Below are positions 12,211 to 25,190 of a stretch of DNA of 44,600 nt, piece after piece. Every line of letters starts with the position of its first letter. Positions within the stretch are counted from its first letter, which is position 1. Source of the stretch: Octopus bimaculoides (Eukaryota); contig NC_068993.1 in the NCBI RefSeq assembly GCF_001194135.2, positions 45,663,897 to 45,708,496 of the forward strand, written 5' to 3'. Position numbers and translations under genes: made by a program. The notes under the pieces were generated by a model. That model saw nothing but the letters and a program-made list of their open reading frames with translations, was not told where the DNA came from and searched no databases.

Positions 12211-13604
12211 CCAAATCACTACAATATTTTCTGCTTATTAGTGTCAGTTGGTAATTCCTGAGTGTTTCACATACTATATAAATGTTTGCATTATGATGGA
12301 AAAATAGTCGGGGGCTTCACGTTTACAGGTAAGTGGATTCCAGGGCACTGTTATCGAACCCACTCATATGTGTATAACCCACCTATAAACGGTTTCGGTC
12401 GTTTGATACGACCTCTTCATCCTGGAATAAGATGTCAAAAAATTGAAACAAATGAAATGTTTATAATATCAGTTCACATATTTTTCTGATAAAGATCATA
12501 TGCTACTGTAATTCAGTTGATAAAATTGATAACGAGTGGGTCTTCTCTTAGTAGTGGAAAAATGAACAGTAATAATAATAGCAAATATCCCTATTGCTCG
12601 AAACAGTCTTTAATCTATCTAGTACAGTTGTCCATCTATAAAATTACATTATTTGTTATGGTGTCCCTAGTTGTGTTATTGTTGCTGGTGGATGTTGTTT
12701 TCTATCTAAGAATGTATACCTCGTTGGGATTTGATGATGAATGACATATTTTTGTCAATGTGCTGGCGTTGAGTTGCATAATGACCAAAATTATATATNN
12801 NNNNNNNNGAGAGAGAGAGAGAGAGAGAGAAAGAGAGTTTACAGCTTGCATCATATATTTTATTCTTCTTTATTTTCTTTATTTTATATAATTCTGTCTT
12901 TTGTATCCTGACTGGGTGCACATTGTCAAGTTGGGTGTACCTCACCTGGTAGTGATTTCTCATCAGGTGTTTATACCTTACCTGGTATGTGTACCACCGC
13001 AGATAGTTTACAGTTCAAACTCTTCATAACAGTGATGTCGAAAATTTATTCACCTCTATGACCATATCATACTTAGAATAGTAACCAATTCATTGTTTGT
13101 CATTCTAGGGAAGGAGAATTTAAATATTTATTTTAACGACTGCTGCTACCTGACTCTTGCCCAGTTCGATAGCTCCACGTATTTAGAGCGTTTTCCGCGA
13201 CAATAAGGAAGAAGAAAGCGACGAGAATATGTCAACTTCCTCCTTGTTGCTTCCAGGATTGCAATTTTGACTCTTGTAAAATACTTACATAATTTTTTTT
13301 ATCTGAAACAAGTCGGAAAAGACAGCGTAGGTTTCAACTATTTTCATCATGATACCGTTTTGAAATCAATGAAACACAGAACTACTGTCAGTTATCCGTT
13401 TACAACTCATCAATGATATTTCTTAAGGTAATGTGCTGGGTTTCGAGGTTCTCTCATAGGATGGGACAGATGTTGACGCCCATGCTGTTACATGCGTTCG
13501 AGCATTTTGGCAATGATGCATGTAGTTCTCTGACTTTGATAGGTCTTTATTTCCACTGGATTCAGCTGGATGTAGAGAGAAAAAGAGGGAAAGAGAGAGA
13601 GAGA

Positions 13605-13679
<75 letters not shown>

Positions 13680-14344
13680 GGTAGACGGACCACGTGCCAT
13701 GCTGGTTTTCATCGAGGCAAGTTTGTCTTGGATTATTTTATCAAGATCACGATTCTAAAGATCCCTTAAAGGAATGTAAATGGGTCTCCAAATTTTACCC
13801 CGATTCAGAGTGGATTTCAGTGTTAATGGAACAGGTAGCATCATAGCATCATAATTTTGAAATATCTATAAAACCATCATTTTTGCACCATAATTGATAT
13901 TAAGATTCATAACAAGAGGTTTCTTGTCTAAGGCACATCCTCTGCTAGATGCTTGCCTAGCAGTTTTCAGTTGAGAATGCCTTAGGAGATCATTGTCTGT
14001 TATATTCTTGTTTGCATCCTGGCCTTCATTTAACCTCTCCTAACCTGTTATCACTTTTGTAACGTCTTATAACTATTCAGTATTGCAACGAATTGGTAGG
14101 TTACGGAAATCACGAAGACACCTACTAGTAAATTTTGATCTTGGAGCTCTTAGACATAATCGCATCTTTATGACAGCCACAATGTTCAGGGTCTTCTCAT
14201 TTAAAAGTGTTGTAATACTCAACATTAATATTTAAATCCTACTACTTGTATTCAGTAGATTTGCAGTCCCACAAATATAACTAATTTTATAAATGATATT
14301 CATTTTCTCGTCATTTATACAACACTAAGGTTTCAGGTTTTAGA

Positions 14345-14400
<56 letters not shown>

Positions 14401-14418
14401 AGAAGTTCNNNNNNNNNN

Positions 14419-14458
<40 letters not shown>

Positions 14459-15096
14459 AGAAGTTCAGATCGCCTTACCAATTAACGCAGCAATGATATT
14501 GTTACTGATGAAGTAACAACATTGCATATAAAATGTTATTTTAAACTCCGATAACATCCACTGATCAGTAATTGCTCTTCGTTGTTTTTCAGCCATAAGT
14601 GAACATTAATTGAGAAGACCAGGGGGTTCCCGTCGTGTATATCCTATTATTCTCCAGGAAATCTTTTGCATAGAATGCAACATACAGCGTATTTTCTTTT
14701 TAAACAACAGCCTGTGGTTTAAGAGAGTGTTAGCTGCTGTTTTTGTTTCAAGTTTAGTGTATTATATGTATTCTGAGAGAACATGGCTATGGTAACTTAT
14801 CATTGTAAATGCATAGTCACTTGGCAAAAAAGGTATCAATCTTCTATGTCTGATGTAATAAACATAACAACTTATATTGAAATTTGTTCTTCGTAATTTT
14901 CATAGGTTATCTGAAGTACTTTACATGGAGTTTATGCTCGTGTCTCGATATTCACCAGAAGATCATTAAATCTGGAGTTTTTGTACTATATTCTAACTGT
15001 TCGCTTTGTGATTCGCAGTAATATATATGATCTGTTCTGAGTTCCTTTCCTCACATTCATCTGTTCCATAGCAAGGATGGTAATGCACATTACGTA

Positions 15097-15309
15097 CAGG
15101 GTAGACCCAATCTAGGTTTACAGTTATTCAATTATCTCTATCACTTTCATATATTAACAGCTTAGATCTTACTTATAACAAACATATTAAACCATTATTC
15201 TATTCTAATTCAGTTAATTGTAAGATAGGCATTTAAAATGTAATAAAACGTTTTAAAAGAAATTTAAAGCGCTTACGTGATAACTATAAACCTACTTTTG
15301 GGTCCCGTG
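15097..15309. mobile_element. Tc1/mariner-type MITE of about 213 bp
   Basis: Imperfect TIRs CAGGGTAGACCCAATCTAGGTTTACAGTTATT and (reverse complement) CACGGGACCCAAAAGTAGGTTTATAGTTATC, each flanked by TA (15095-96 and 15310-11). AT-rich non-coding interior. Confidence 0.7.
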
Positions 15310-15534
15310 TATACATGCTTGGAGTTCATTGACTTTTGTGCTATATCTGTATAGGATAACAAAAGCCATAAGCATTATTCCCTGCAGAAAAATATAGGGA
15401 AAACTGTTAAACAATATAAGAATTTTATTGTTCCAAACTAAACATAAATGGCTAATAAAGAACTGCTAAAAGTTCATTAAAGGAATATCAAATTTTACAC
15501 TAACAACGCAGGCATAAAGCCACAGGCATTCCAT

Positions 15535-15745
15535 ATTTGTATGTATGTATATGTATATATGTATGTAAGTAAGTATGTGTGTATGTATGTATGTATGTAT
15601 GTATGCAAGTATATATGTATATATATATTCATATATATCCTTATATGTTTATATATATATATATATTTATATGTATATATATATTTATATATATATATTC
15701 ATATATATGAATATAGGTATATATATATATTCTCATATATATATT

Positions 15746-15787
<42 letters not shown>

Positions 15788-15822
15788 TATATACCAAAAT
15801 ATATGCATATACACATATATAT
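15535..15822. repeat. Degenerate (TA)n/(TATG)n tract
   Basis: Direct reading. Confidence 0.95.
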
Positions 15823-16289
15823 GAAATTATTTGGGATTTTTAAGTATAAAGATTTACAATGATTTTGATTTCCCTATATTTCCTGTTTATTTACACGTCG
15901 ATTTATGTCTCCTGTAACTATGTAAAATTATGTTCATTCAATTCTATTCTGTTGTATCTTTATATTTATTGAACAAACCACATGGTATTATTATTATTTG
16001 AAATGGTCATTTTTTTTCATGTAAAAGCGAAAACAATTTGTTTTAACTATTAAGATGAAAAATTATTCTGGCTACACAATATTCAAAAGTTTTCTGTGAT
16101 AGTATTTCTTAGATAAGATTAAGTGAAGCACTGTGAAATCACTACATTTATGTACGATGTAAGCAATTGGGACCGGTAATATCCCTTATGTACAGAAATC
16201 AAGACTAGGATTTATCTCTGCTTTTATGTACACTACGGCATTCGTAATAGTCTTTATCTTCATTGCTTTACGGCACTGCTATATTTTTG

Positions 16290-16378
16290 GGAAGCTACGT
16301 GGTCTAATTGTTAGGACGTCACACTATAATCGCAAGATCGTGCGTTCGATTCCTAGACCGGGCCTTGAGCAAAATACA
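16290..16378 (+). mobile_element. SINE family B 5' head only
   Basis: GCTACGTGGTCTAATTGTTAGG...GTTCGATTCCTAGACCGGGC..CTTGAGCAAAATACAC: tRNA-like A and B boxes followed by the start of the family B core. Confidence 0.7.
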
Positions 16379-17610
16379 CAAGCGCGCGCAAGCACAGACA
16401 CACACACACACACTTATTGTAGACATATATATTCTAGATAAGTTAGGAGTACAGACTCACAGATGGAGAGACAGAGAAAGAAAAAGAGAGAGGGAATGGG
16501 GCAGAGATACAGACAGACACGCATAGATCAGACATGGCTTTGTTCCGCAGTGAACTTTTTAATCCATCTGAAAGCGAGAGATTTCTCAGAAAATACACAA
16601 AAAGCAATTCAAAATTCAATTAATTAGATCTGCTGTAGCAGCTGTGACTTAGTAAATCTGAAAAAAGAAATCAGAGTAATTCTTAAGCACATGTACATGT
16701 ACGTACCTTCCTACCTATCTACCTTCCTACCTTCCTACCAACCTACATATATATATACATGTGCGCGCGCACTCTCACGCAGATATAGACTCACACACAT
16801 TTATGTTATATATATATATATATATATATTTAGTTATATATACACACAGCTATATATATACGCATATACAGATATTTATATACACACATTTCTAAACACT
16901 AATACCTTTATAAACATCTAATTATTAAAGTGCACAAATAATCAGAAAGGACATTTCTATTGGTTTTATATCATACACACACAAACGCACACACACACAG
17001 AAGCACAGACACGCACACACACGCGTACACACACAAACACATACACACATACATGGGTACATACATACATACATACATATATGTATGTATATATATATAT
17101 NNNNNNNNNNNNNNNNNNNNNNNNNNNNNNNNNNNNNNNNNNNNNNNNNNNNNNNNNNNNNNNNNNNNNNNNNNNNNNNNNNNNNNNNNNNNNNNNNNNN
17201 NNNNNNNNNNNNNNNNNNNNNNNNNNNNNNNNNNNNNNNNNNNNNNNNNNNNNNNNNNNNNNNNNNNNNNNNNNNNNNNNNNNNNNNNNNNNNNNNNNNN
17301 NNNNNNNNNNNNNNNNNNNNNNNNNNNNNNNNNNNNNNNNNNNNNNNNNNNNNNNNNNNNNNNNNNNNNNNNNNNNNNNNNNNNNNNNNNNNNNNNNNNN
17401 NNNNNNNNNNNNNNNNNNNNNNNNNNNNNNNNNNNNNNNNNNNNNNNNNNNNNNNNNNNNNNNNNNNNNNNNNNNNNNNNNNNNNNNNNNNNNNNNNNNN
17501 NNNNNNNNNNNNNNNNNNNNNNNNNNNNNNNNNNNNNNNNNNNNNNNNNNNNNNNNNNNNNNNNNNNNNNNNNNNNNNNNNNNNNNNNNNNNNNNNNNNN
17601 NNNNNNNNNN

Positions 17611-18572
17611 GCAGAAAAAGGTAATTAAAATTTATTAAAATAACAAATCTATCGGACTTTGTTGGTGCTCGTATGGCAGGCGCTAGCGTATCGAAAACAG
17701 CCGAAATGTTTGGTGCATCTAGAAGTACCATCTCGAAAGTAATGACAGCCTTTGAGAAAGAGGGAAAAAAACTCCTCTTCGAAACAAAACTTTCAAATAG
17801 GGATCGTCGGACTCTTACGCAAATTATTAGAAAGGATCATAGAAGTACAACTCCCAGAATTACTGCAGAGCTTAATGACCACCTCGGGAACCCAGTTTCC
17901 ACGAAAACTGTTCGCCGGGAGCTGCACAAAGCCGGATTTTACGGGAGGGCTGCAATAAAACAAACAATGCTTTCAAAAGTAAACGTTGTAAAGCAGTTAA
18001 AGTGGCATAAAAACCTACAAAATTGGTTCCTAGAACAGTAAAATAATGCCGTTTTTTTCGGTCGAGTTATCCTGTACTTTATTTCTAACTACCGGCCGAG
18101 TATACGTGTGGAGAAAGCCAAAAGAAGCATTTGACCCAGTCAGTCTTCTTCCAACAGTTAAAATGGAAGAGGACCTGTGATGATCTGGATGACTATATCT
18201 TGGAAATTCGCCGGCCCAATGGTTCCCCTTCATGGCAGAATTTATAGTCAAGACTATTTAAGCATTTGTTTCTGATCAAATCCACCCTACGTTTGCGGAA
18301 CTGTTTCCGGAGGGAAACGTAATCTTTCAGGATGATAATGCACCAATTCAAACAGTTAAGGTTGCCACTGAATTGCATGAGGAACATCCTAGTGAACATC
18401 TTATCTGATCATCACAGTCCCCAGATCTCAATATCTTTGAAGCAATTCAAACTTTGTACGAGTCCATACCTCGTAGTATTCAAGCTGTAATTATTGCCAA
18501 AGGTGGTCCTTCCCCATATTAGAATAAATTTATTTGAAATTTTTAAGGTGTTTCCATTATTTTGTCTAATCC

Positions 18573-18575
<3 letters not shown>
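17611..18575 (+). mobile_element. Degenerate Tc1-family transposon (probably DD36E/Incomer-type); left end hidden in an N-gap
   Basis: ORF 17673-18041 GASVSKTAEMFGASRSTISKVMTAFEKEG...VSTKTVRRELHKAGFYGRAA is a paired-like HTH. Downstream: GRVYVWRKPKEAFDP, VMIW, FQDDNAPI...QSPDLNIFE and AVIIAKGGPSPY*. Right TIR ...AAGGTGTTTCCATTATTTTGTCTAATCCCTG is followed by (TA)n. Confidence 0.95.
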
Positions 18576-18616
<41 letters not shown>

Positions 18617-18659
18617 AATAATTAGAACCAGTGAAAGCACCATATAAATATTTCACAAT

Positions 18660-18810
18660 TAGTACAAGACCAGTAATTTCAGTGCTGGGCTTTTGATAAT
18701 TATATTGACCCCAGTACTTGAGTGGTATTTTATTTTATCAACGCAGGTATGATGAAGCCAATGTTGACTTACTCAGGATTTGAATGCATACCATAAAAGC
18801 AAGACTGCCG
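18660..18810 (-). mobile_element. Diverged SINE family A fragment
   Basis: TTGACCCCAGTACTTGAGTGGTATTTTATTTTATCAAC...GATGAAGCCAATGTTGACTT...GGATTTGAA matches the reverse complement of the family A core. Confidence 0.55.
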
Positions 18811-19617
18811 CTATGCATTCTCTCCTACGTGCGAACCCTGCTGCTAGTCACAAAAATCAAATAAATGAAACATACTCTTATACGAGGAATCTCACATATT
18901 TAGAAAGTCTGTACATTATAAATAGTTATTCGAAGTGATTTCCTTGACTTCCAAGCTGTTTCTTTTACTGTTATCACATTTTTTGTCATCTCTGTTCCTT
19001 TAGTTGTTTTCGATGTCTGAGAAATTACCATGAATGGTTTTGCTTTCATTTTTATATTTTATCAATTTTTTATTAAAAACATTTCTTATCTAACATTTTC
19101 TTAACGTTTCCATTATATCTGCCGTCAGTGAATTGTTATACTTCCTTATGATTTTCGTTCTTAATCCACTATAAAATCTTAGATCAAATTTTAATACATT
19201 TGATATTTGATAGCATTTGATATTTCCAAACACTTTATTTTCGTTTCATTACCTTTACTCCTCTCGTACACATTTAAAGCTTTGCTAATCTTTTCTTAAC
19301 ATTTCTTTTTTCTTCTTTCTAAAGTCATTATTTTTCTTTAACCCTATATAAACCCTGATTGATACTTGTGACATTTTCATAGGGCATGTTATATAACTTT
19401 ATAGTGTATGTTATTTTTGTTTTGTATAGTGTATTGCCAAAGCATTTCGTTTCGGTTTTTCTATTTTCAATTTTGCATTTCATTTTTATTTTTTCAGCAA
19501 CAGTAATGCCAGCAAATAACATCTTTACTAAAATTGTTACATTAAGTCAAAGATTATATCTGTAGATATTTAATGACTTTCGTTACGTTACAAATTACAT
19601 TTATATGTAATATTATA

Positions 19618-19648
<31 letters not shown>

Positions 19649-20639
19649 GCATGTGTGTGTGTGCGTGATGTGTATGTGTGAGATATATCGCATCACATTT
19701 TTTTAACGATGGATGATATCTTGCTCATTTATGGTTTATTTTCAATTATGTAAAATTTTATTTCTTCAAGATTAAATTTTTTCCCCTATAGCTGTTAGGC
19801 GATTACATCTTCCTCTAAGTCATTTAGTCGTTTGAATTTGGCTTTTGTTTCTACATTTATGGTTCCGCGATTAATGTAAACTATTCTGCTTTTATTTTTG
19901 TTTTTCTATTTATTTACAATCTCTTTTTTATGCTATGTTCGATTATCTCATGTTAACTTCACTTGACGTAAATGTCGACATTTTTACGCTAAATGCGGTA
20001 AGTTCGTACTGCGATGAAATCGAGAGGAATTAATTTGACATAAGCTTTATAGCAATTTTTCAGTATCTGAACAAATAATTACATCTTTAGTAATGACCAA
20101 TATTAAATTATTGTACAATATTTTATTTTAGCGCAATGAATAAAAAAATTACCTAACATATATGCTATCAATTTAGTCGGTCGTAATGTGTGTTGACAGT
20201 GTGTGCAAGAACAACTAGTTGAGGGGATATCAACAATATATCTCCCATTTCTTCAGTGCAGCCATGTGTAGTATATATATATATAGTTTCTGATATGCAA
20301 TCTATGTCAGCCTTGTGTGTTATACGACTAAAGTCGGGCAGGCGGAACGAGCAATATAGATAAGGAAGAGCATATGCGTTCAATCATGAAACTTAAAGAT
20401 TGAATGCTATACAGATGACCGAACATGATAGCAGCATGCTATCAAGCATCAAACTCTATCTGTTGGTCCACAAACTCGTTACTGTAACACTTTGGAGTAG
20501 ATAGGCCCGTAACTGTTCGAATACTAGCCTAAGAATCGCAGACACCAAAAAGGAGTGAACGTGGATGTATTAAAGAAAAAAAAAGTAAAAATAAATATTT
20601 GTCTGTATTTGGGATTTCGGGCAAGATACACATATGAAG

Positions 20640-21790
20640 GTTGTGATATCCATATCTATGGTTCACCAGAAATCAACAATATTTAAGGTGGGGGTCGGGC
20701 AAAAGTATAGAAGAGAAGGATAATGGTGTGGATATCAAGGCTGGAAAGTTCTGAGAATCCAGGAACACATTCTGCGGGCCATTTCAACTTTGATGCTTAT
20801 ATGAGCTGCCCAGCTTATGTTGTTGTCCACGATTACTCCCAAGTCTCTGATATTGTTGGATGTTATGAGAGTTTCACCTGAAGGGAGTATAGGAGTTTCA
20901 GGGTATCTTCTTTTCCAAAGTGGAATGACTGAAATTTGTCCTCGTTCAGCAGCATATTCTTTTCTCCTTATTAGATGACAGCCATGACTGAAGGCATGCT
21001 CGGTCGCCCAATTCATTGATGACCTTCTTTATCTTGGAATCAACTGCAATGATTCTTATGTTACATTGCTTGATAATGTCGCTAATGTCATTGATATAGA
21101 TGATGAAAATAATTGGGCTCAACACAGTGCCTCTTGGAACACCACTACTGACTTTGACTGAGCTTCATTTTACTCCTTCGACTATAACGTGTTGGGTTCT
21201 GCTTGTCAGGAGACACTCGATCTATTGTAGTAACTTCCCAGAGACACCAATGTTGGATAGTTTTTTTCCAGAGGATCTTATGATCTATCCTGCCAAAGGC
21301 CTTGCTAAAATCAAGGTAGATGACATCATTATTCGAGCCGTCTTACAAAGCTCTCAAAATGTCATCAACGTGATGCAGGAGCTGCATTAGGCAGTTCCTT
21401 CCATTACGGAACCCATGTTGGTTGGGGTTCAGCAGTCTGATGCTTTCAAGAAAATGGGTTATTCGTGATCTCACCACCCTCTCAAATACTTTGATGATAT
21501 GAGAGGTAAGCGAGATCGGCCAGTAGTCCACTGCAAGGGACTTGATTCTCTTTTTGAAAACTGGGACAGCAGACTGGGAAAGAAAGTTCTCAGGAATATA
21601 ACCAACATCCAGTGAGTTCCTCCACAGATTAGCAAGAGGAGATGGAAGTTGGTGTCGACACACCTTCAGAACACAAGCAGTGAACCTATCAGGGCCTACT
21701 GTTGAATTGTGTTTGATTTCATTTATTCCTTCTAAGAAAGACATCAGGGGTGCCAAGCGTTATGTTCGATACAGTAAGTGGGAAGAAAGC
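20640..21790 (-). mobile_element. Non-LTR retrotransposon (CR1/L2-group LINE) reverse transcriptase relic
   Basis: ORF 21343-21756 has GPD, PVFKK, DYWPISLTSHIIKVFERVV and QHGFRNGRNC. Further fragments: SSGVPRGTVLSPIIFIIYINDI, a decayed YADD (IAVDSK), RDLGVIVDNNISW (ORF 20735-21016) and RPHLKYC. Stops and frameshifts throughout. Confidence 0.93.
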
Positions 21791-22530
21791 AGTTACAAGC
21801 CATTTAATGATTTTTTGAAAGCTGGCAATGTGGTTGCGATATCGATATTTGAATATATCGGCCGATGTACCGATATATACGTAGGGGGCATCTACAGTAT
21901 ACACCACATTTCTGGTCATACATTGATTGTTCAAGGGACATTTGGATCTGTCTCTGCATGAGCATAATTGGTTGGTTCTTTTTTATTTGCTTTTGTGCAG
22001 TGAGCACTAGATGAATTTATTTTATTCAGTATATTCCTGGTGATAGTTATCCTATTATCATTATTACTATTTCTGGGTGTGCTAGTGTTGTTGTTTAAAT
22101 TGTTGCTGGTCTGAAGCGTTGGTTAATTATTGTAGATATTGACGTTGTCTCTTATCAGTTGGTTGGTATCATACTTCGTGTCAATATCCCTTTGATGCAT
22201 TAATTGGGTGGCATTAGCATTGTTTGTAGGTTAGTTATATGAGTCAGAGTCAATTTTTGAGGGGTTATTTTGAGCATCCTATGAATATGATGCTCTATAA
22301 TTAATGAGTTAGCATAGGAAAGTTTTATAGAGTCACGGTCGGATATTTTGGTGTACACTCCGTCTTTAGGGACGCAATGATCGAGTGCAGTGAAGACTTG
22401 TTTTGCGATCTAGGATGAGATGTTCGAGTCCCGGATTTGATTGCACTAGAAGACATCATGGTTTTTGTATTCTCTGTTAGGTCTGTTCGTTTGGGTGTTT
22501 GGAGCGACGTTGGGATTTTGTCATGTTAAG
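21785..22530 (-). mobile_element. Penelope-like element 3' fragment (RT C-terminal linker plus GIY-YIG endonuclease)
   Basis: IAKQVFTALDHCVPKDGVYTKISDRDSIKL resembles the PLE IGK.FL.LID.HFP....L.KIFNRN..K.SY motif. After an N/T-rich linker comes LCSCRDRSKCPLNNQCMTRNVVYTVDAPYVYIGTSADIFKYRYRNHIASF (Cys motif plus VVY-YIG and R..H). Confidence 0.88.
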
Positions 22531-22879
22531 TGTCTAATGTGCTGTCTGTTGCTAGTTTTCCTCTGTATTATATATTTATGATATAATACAGCGAAACACA
22601 TGTCATTGTTTAGGTCATTGTGAATATAACATTCCTAAGTATTGTGCTAATTAGTTTATCTTTGTGGCTTGCGAATTCCTTTGGGGATTCTGCAGTTTGA
22701 ACAATGATATTGTTATATTATGACGTTGCTACCAGGATTGGCTCGTAGCTTGGGAAATGTTGGAAATTGAATATTAGCAAGTCGCAGTTCTACTATTCAT
22801 GACGATAATCTGTTATAATGATTACTTTAGAGGAACATTATGATACATCGGTTGTTGAACAGGAAACGGAAGTTGATAG

Positions 22880-23800
22880 TGGTGTCCCATTGAGAACATT
22901 ATCGTGATCAGTTAATGTGCTTGGGGAAAGCGATTTGAGGGATATTTCTCAACTGACACTAACTCAACTTTTTCATCTACAAGTTAATCCAGGTTGTGGT
23001 TCTGCTATCATAAATCAGATAGCATGTTCCTGTGATATAATTCCTTCTATCATCCTCCCAACGAAACATTTGTCCATCTCGTAAAAACGATTTACTTTTA
23101 CGCTTAACTTGTCTGCCGAATAATTTCCCAGATTGATGTAACTTACATACACACAATCACTACGCAAGTGGAAAAGAACCTTAACTCAATAATATTTCCA
23201 ATTGATAGACTGTAACCTTTTAATAGAGACTTGATTGTTTACATAACACGTTCTGTTGCATCATTACATACTAGAATGTGAGTAGAACTTTCAATTTCCT
23301 TGCAACCATGTCGGTTTAACCAGTCATTTCTCTGCCTGAAACTACGGTCATTGAAACAAGAGGAACTAAAGAAGGAAAATAAATGTTCCTTTACGCTTTC
23401 TTACTTTCTCTTGTAACTTAAATAGGCTTCATATCAAGTACATACTGAGTCAGCAATGATAAAATTTATTCCCTGCATCTAATAGATATCCCTACTGTAT
23501 ATGTAGTCTTACTTTAAGCTGGGCTTCAGGTTATCATCAGTAGAAGGAATAGCTTTAATTCTGAATTCGGCATACATGACACAAGAAATGTGACATAATC
23601 TACAAAATCTATACAAATTTTGCCAAGAATTGCAAACTCTTTGTTTTGTCAGTGCTTACCATACACTCGAAAGCATGTCACGAGTAGGGAAAAGAACATT
23701 TTCCTGATAATGTTTAGGTGAATATGAACTGTTTTTATTAAAGAAAAGATCATTAGCTAAAATCAATCCAGATGGAAGTCTACAAATTGTACTAAAATAG
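22880..23800 (-). mobile_element. Gypsy/Ty3-type LTR retrotransposon integrase relic
   Basis: One minus frame with several stops reads ...MQGINFIIADSVCT*YEAY...NDWLNRHGCKEIESSTHILVCNDATERVM*TIKSLLKRLQSINWKYY*VKVLFHLRS...SADKL. This follows the rve core pattern (FLIIVD.Y..W.EA; NG.AER.V.TIK..L; W...L..L..YR). No LTRs seen. Confidence 0.7.
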
Positions 23801-25190
23801 TTAACTAAAATCAGGTGTTACAGATTGTCATGCATCTGTACAAAAAGTATATTGCATTGATCTCAATCGAAATTTAATCCAATTTTAAGATCACCAATGC
23901 GACTGATGGTTTTACTAAGCATGTGAATTTAGAAAGCATTTCGACACCATTTTTAATAATACGATGTCGCACCTAGTAATCTCACCTGAAAACATCAAGT
24001 TTCTTTGAAAAAAAAACATAAAAAAAAAGAAACCAATTAACATGGGTGATGATTAGTCACCCTAGTGGAGGATTGCTTTAAATGAAAATATCGCAATATT
24101 TCAACACTCCATACCACTAAATAGATGCTTCCAAGTTTTTGACTTACGCATGATTTGCTTTTTCAGTTTTAGACATTATTTATGCCATTGTAAATTCTTA
24201 AGCACCAGCAGCAAAAGTTGTTTCACATACAGTAGAAAATTTATGAAAAGCAGTGTATTTTATAAGACGTTTACAAGATCTGTAATTGATGCATTCCCCA
24301 AATAAAAGCACGATTTTTTCTCACAGCAGACTTTCAAATGAGACTGCAAATTTTTATATAAACTACAAATATCTTATTAACCCCAAATATTTCCCACTTT
24401 CTTTTATCTTCGATTATTGGATGTTAATCTATTACATCTTGTCTACTAGATTCTGATTTAAAAGAGGCAGGATTCGAAGATGGAAAGTCACGATTCAACA
24501 AGAATATTGCCTAAGCCCTTTAAGTTTTAACCATCAAGGTGGATGAATAATCAGACTATATAATAGTTTGATCGAATCCTTTGAAACATAGATTCCCAAG
24601 AAAGATACGTGATAAATATATTTATTTAATTTCATCGATGAATTGGTTTTTCCAAGTCAATAACTATTTTCTCGACATTTCAATTTCTTCTAGATTGCAA
24701 TAACGATGAATATGTTATCCTGATATAGAATTATTTCCTCGATTGGCACAAAACCAGAAAATTTGGCTAGGGAACAGTCGATTATATCGACCACAGTAAG
24801 ACAAACTAAACCACGGTACGATTTCAATTCAGAAATAAAAGGTCCTTACATATATCACCATTAATTCTCTTTAATGCAGACTTTTTGCCAAACTTGAAAA
24901 TGGAGTTGCCAGTTTTGAAACCTTTCTTAAAGTTTATTGGTTTAGTAAAAAGTAAATACTTTAAGATTGATACAACCTTCATAGTACCCCTATTTGCTGT
25001 CGCTGATTTGATGCTAGTTTATTTGACATCAGGCACTAGCATTTATTGCACGGCATCCTTTGCAAAATCTCTCCTAACCAATATGCTAGTTTCCCCTTTT
25101 TCAATGCGTCAGAAAAAGAAACTTTGCTCCTTTTACATAAGCTTAATAGCGTTTCAAGAAAAGGAGTTAAGCGAGAAAATAAACTACAAA

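Noticed and set aside
12925-12980. Short hairpin GGTGTACCTCACCTGGT...ATCAGGTGTTTATACC
   Set aside because: Only about 45 nt with an 8-bp core and large internal loops; too weak for a miRNA call.
21100-21961. Plus-strand ORFs 21100-21390 and 21680-21961
   Set aside because: Antisense to the LINE RT and Penelope relics.
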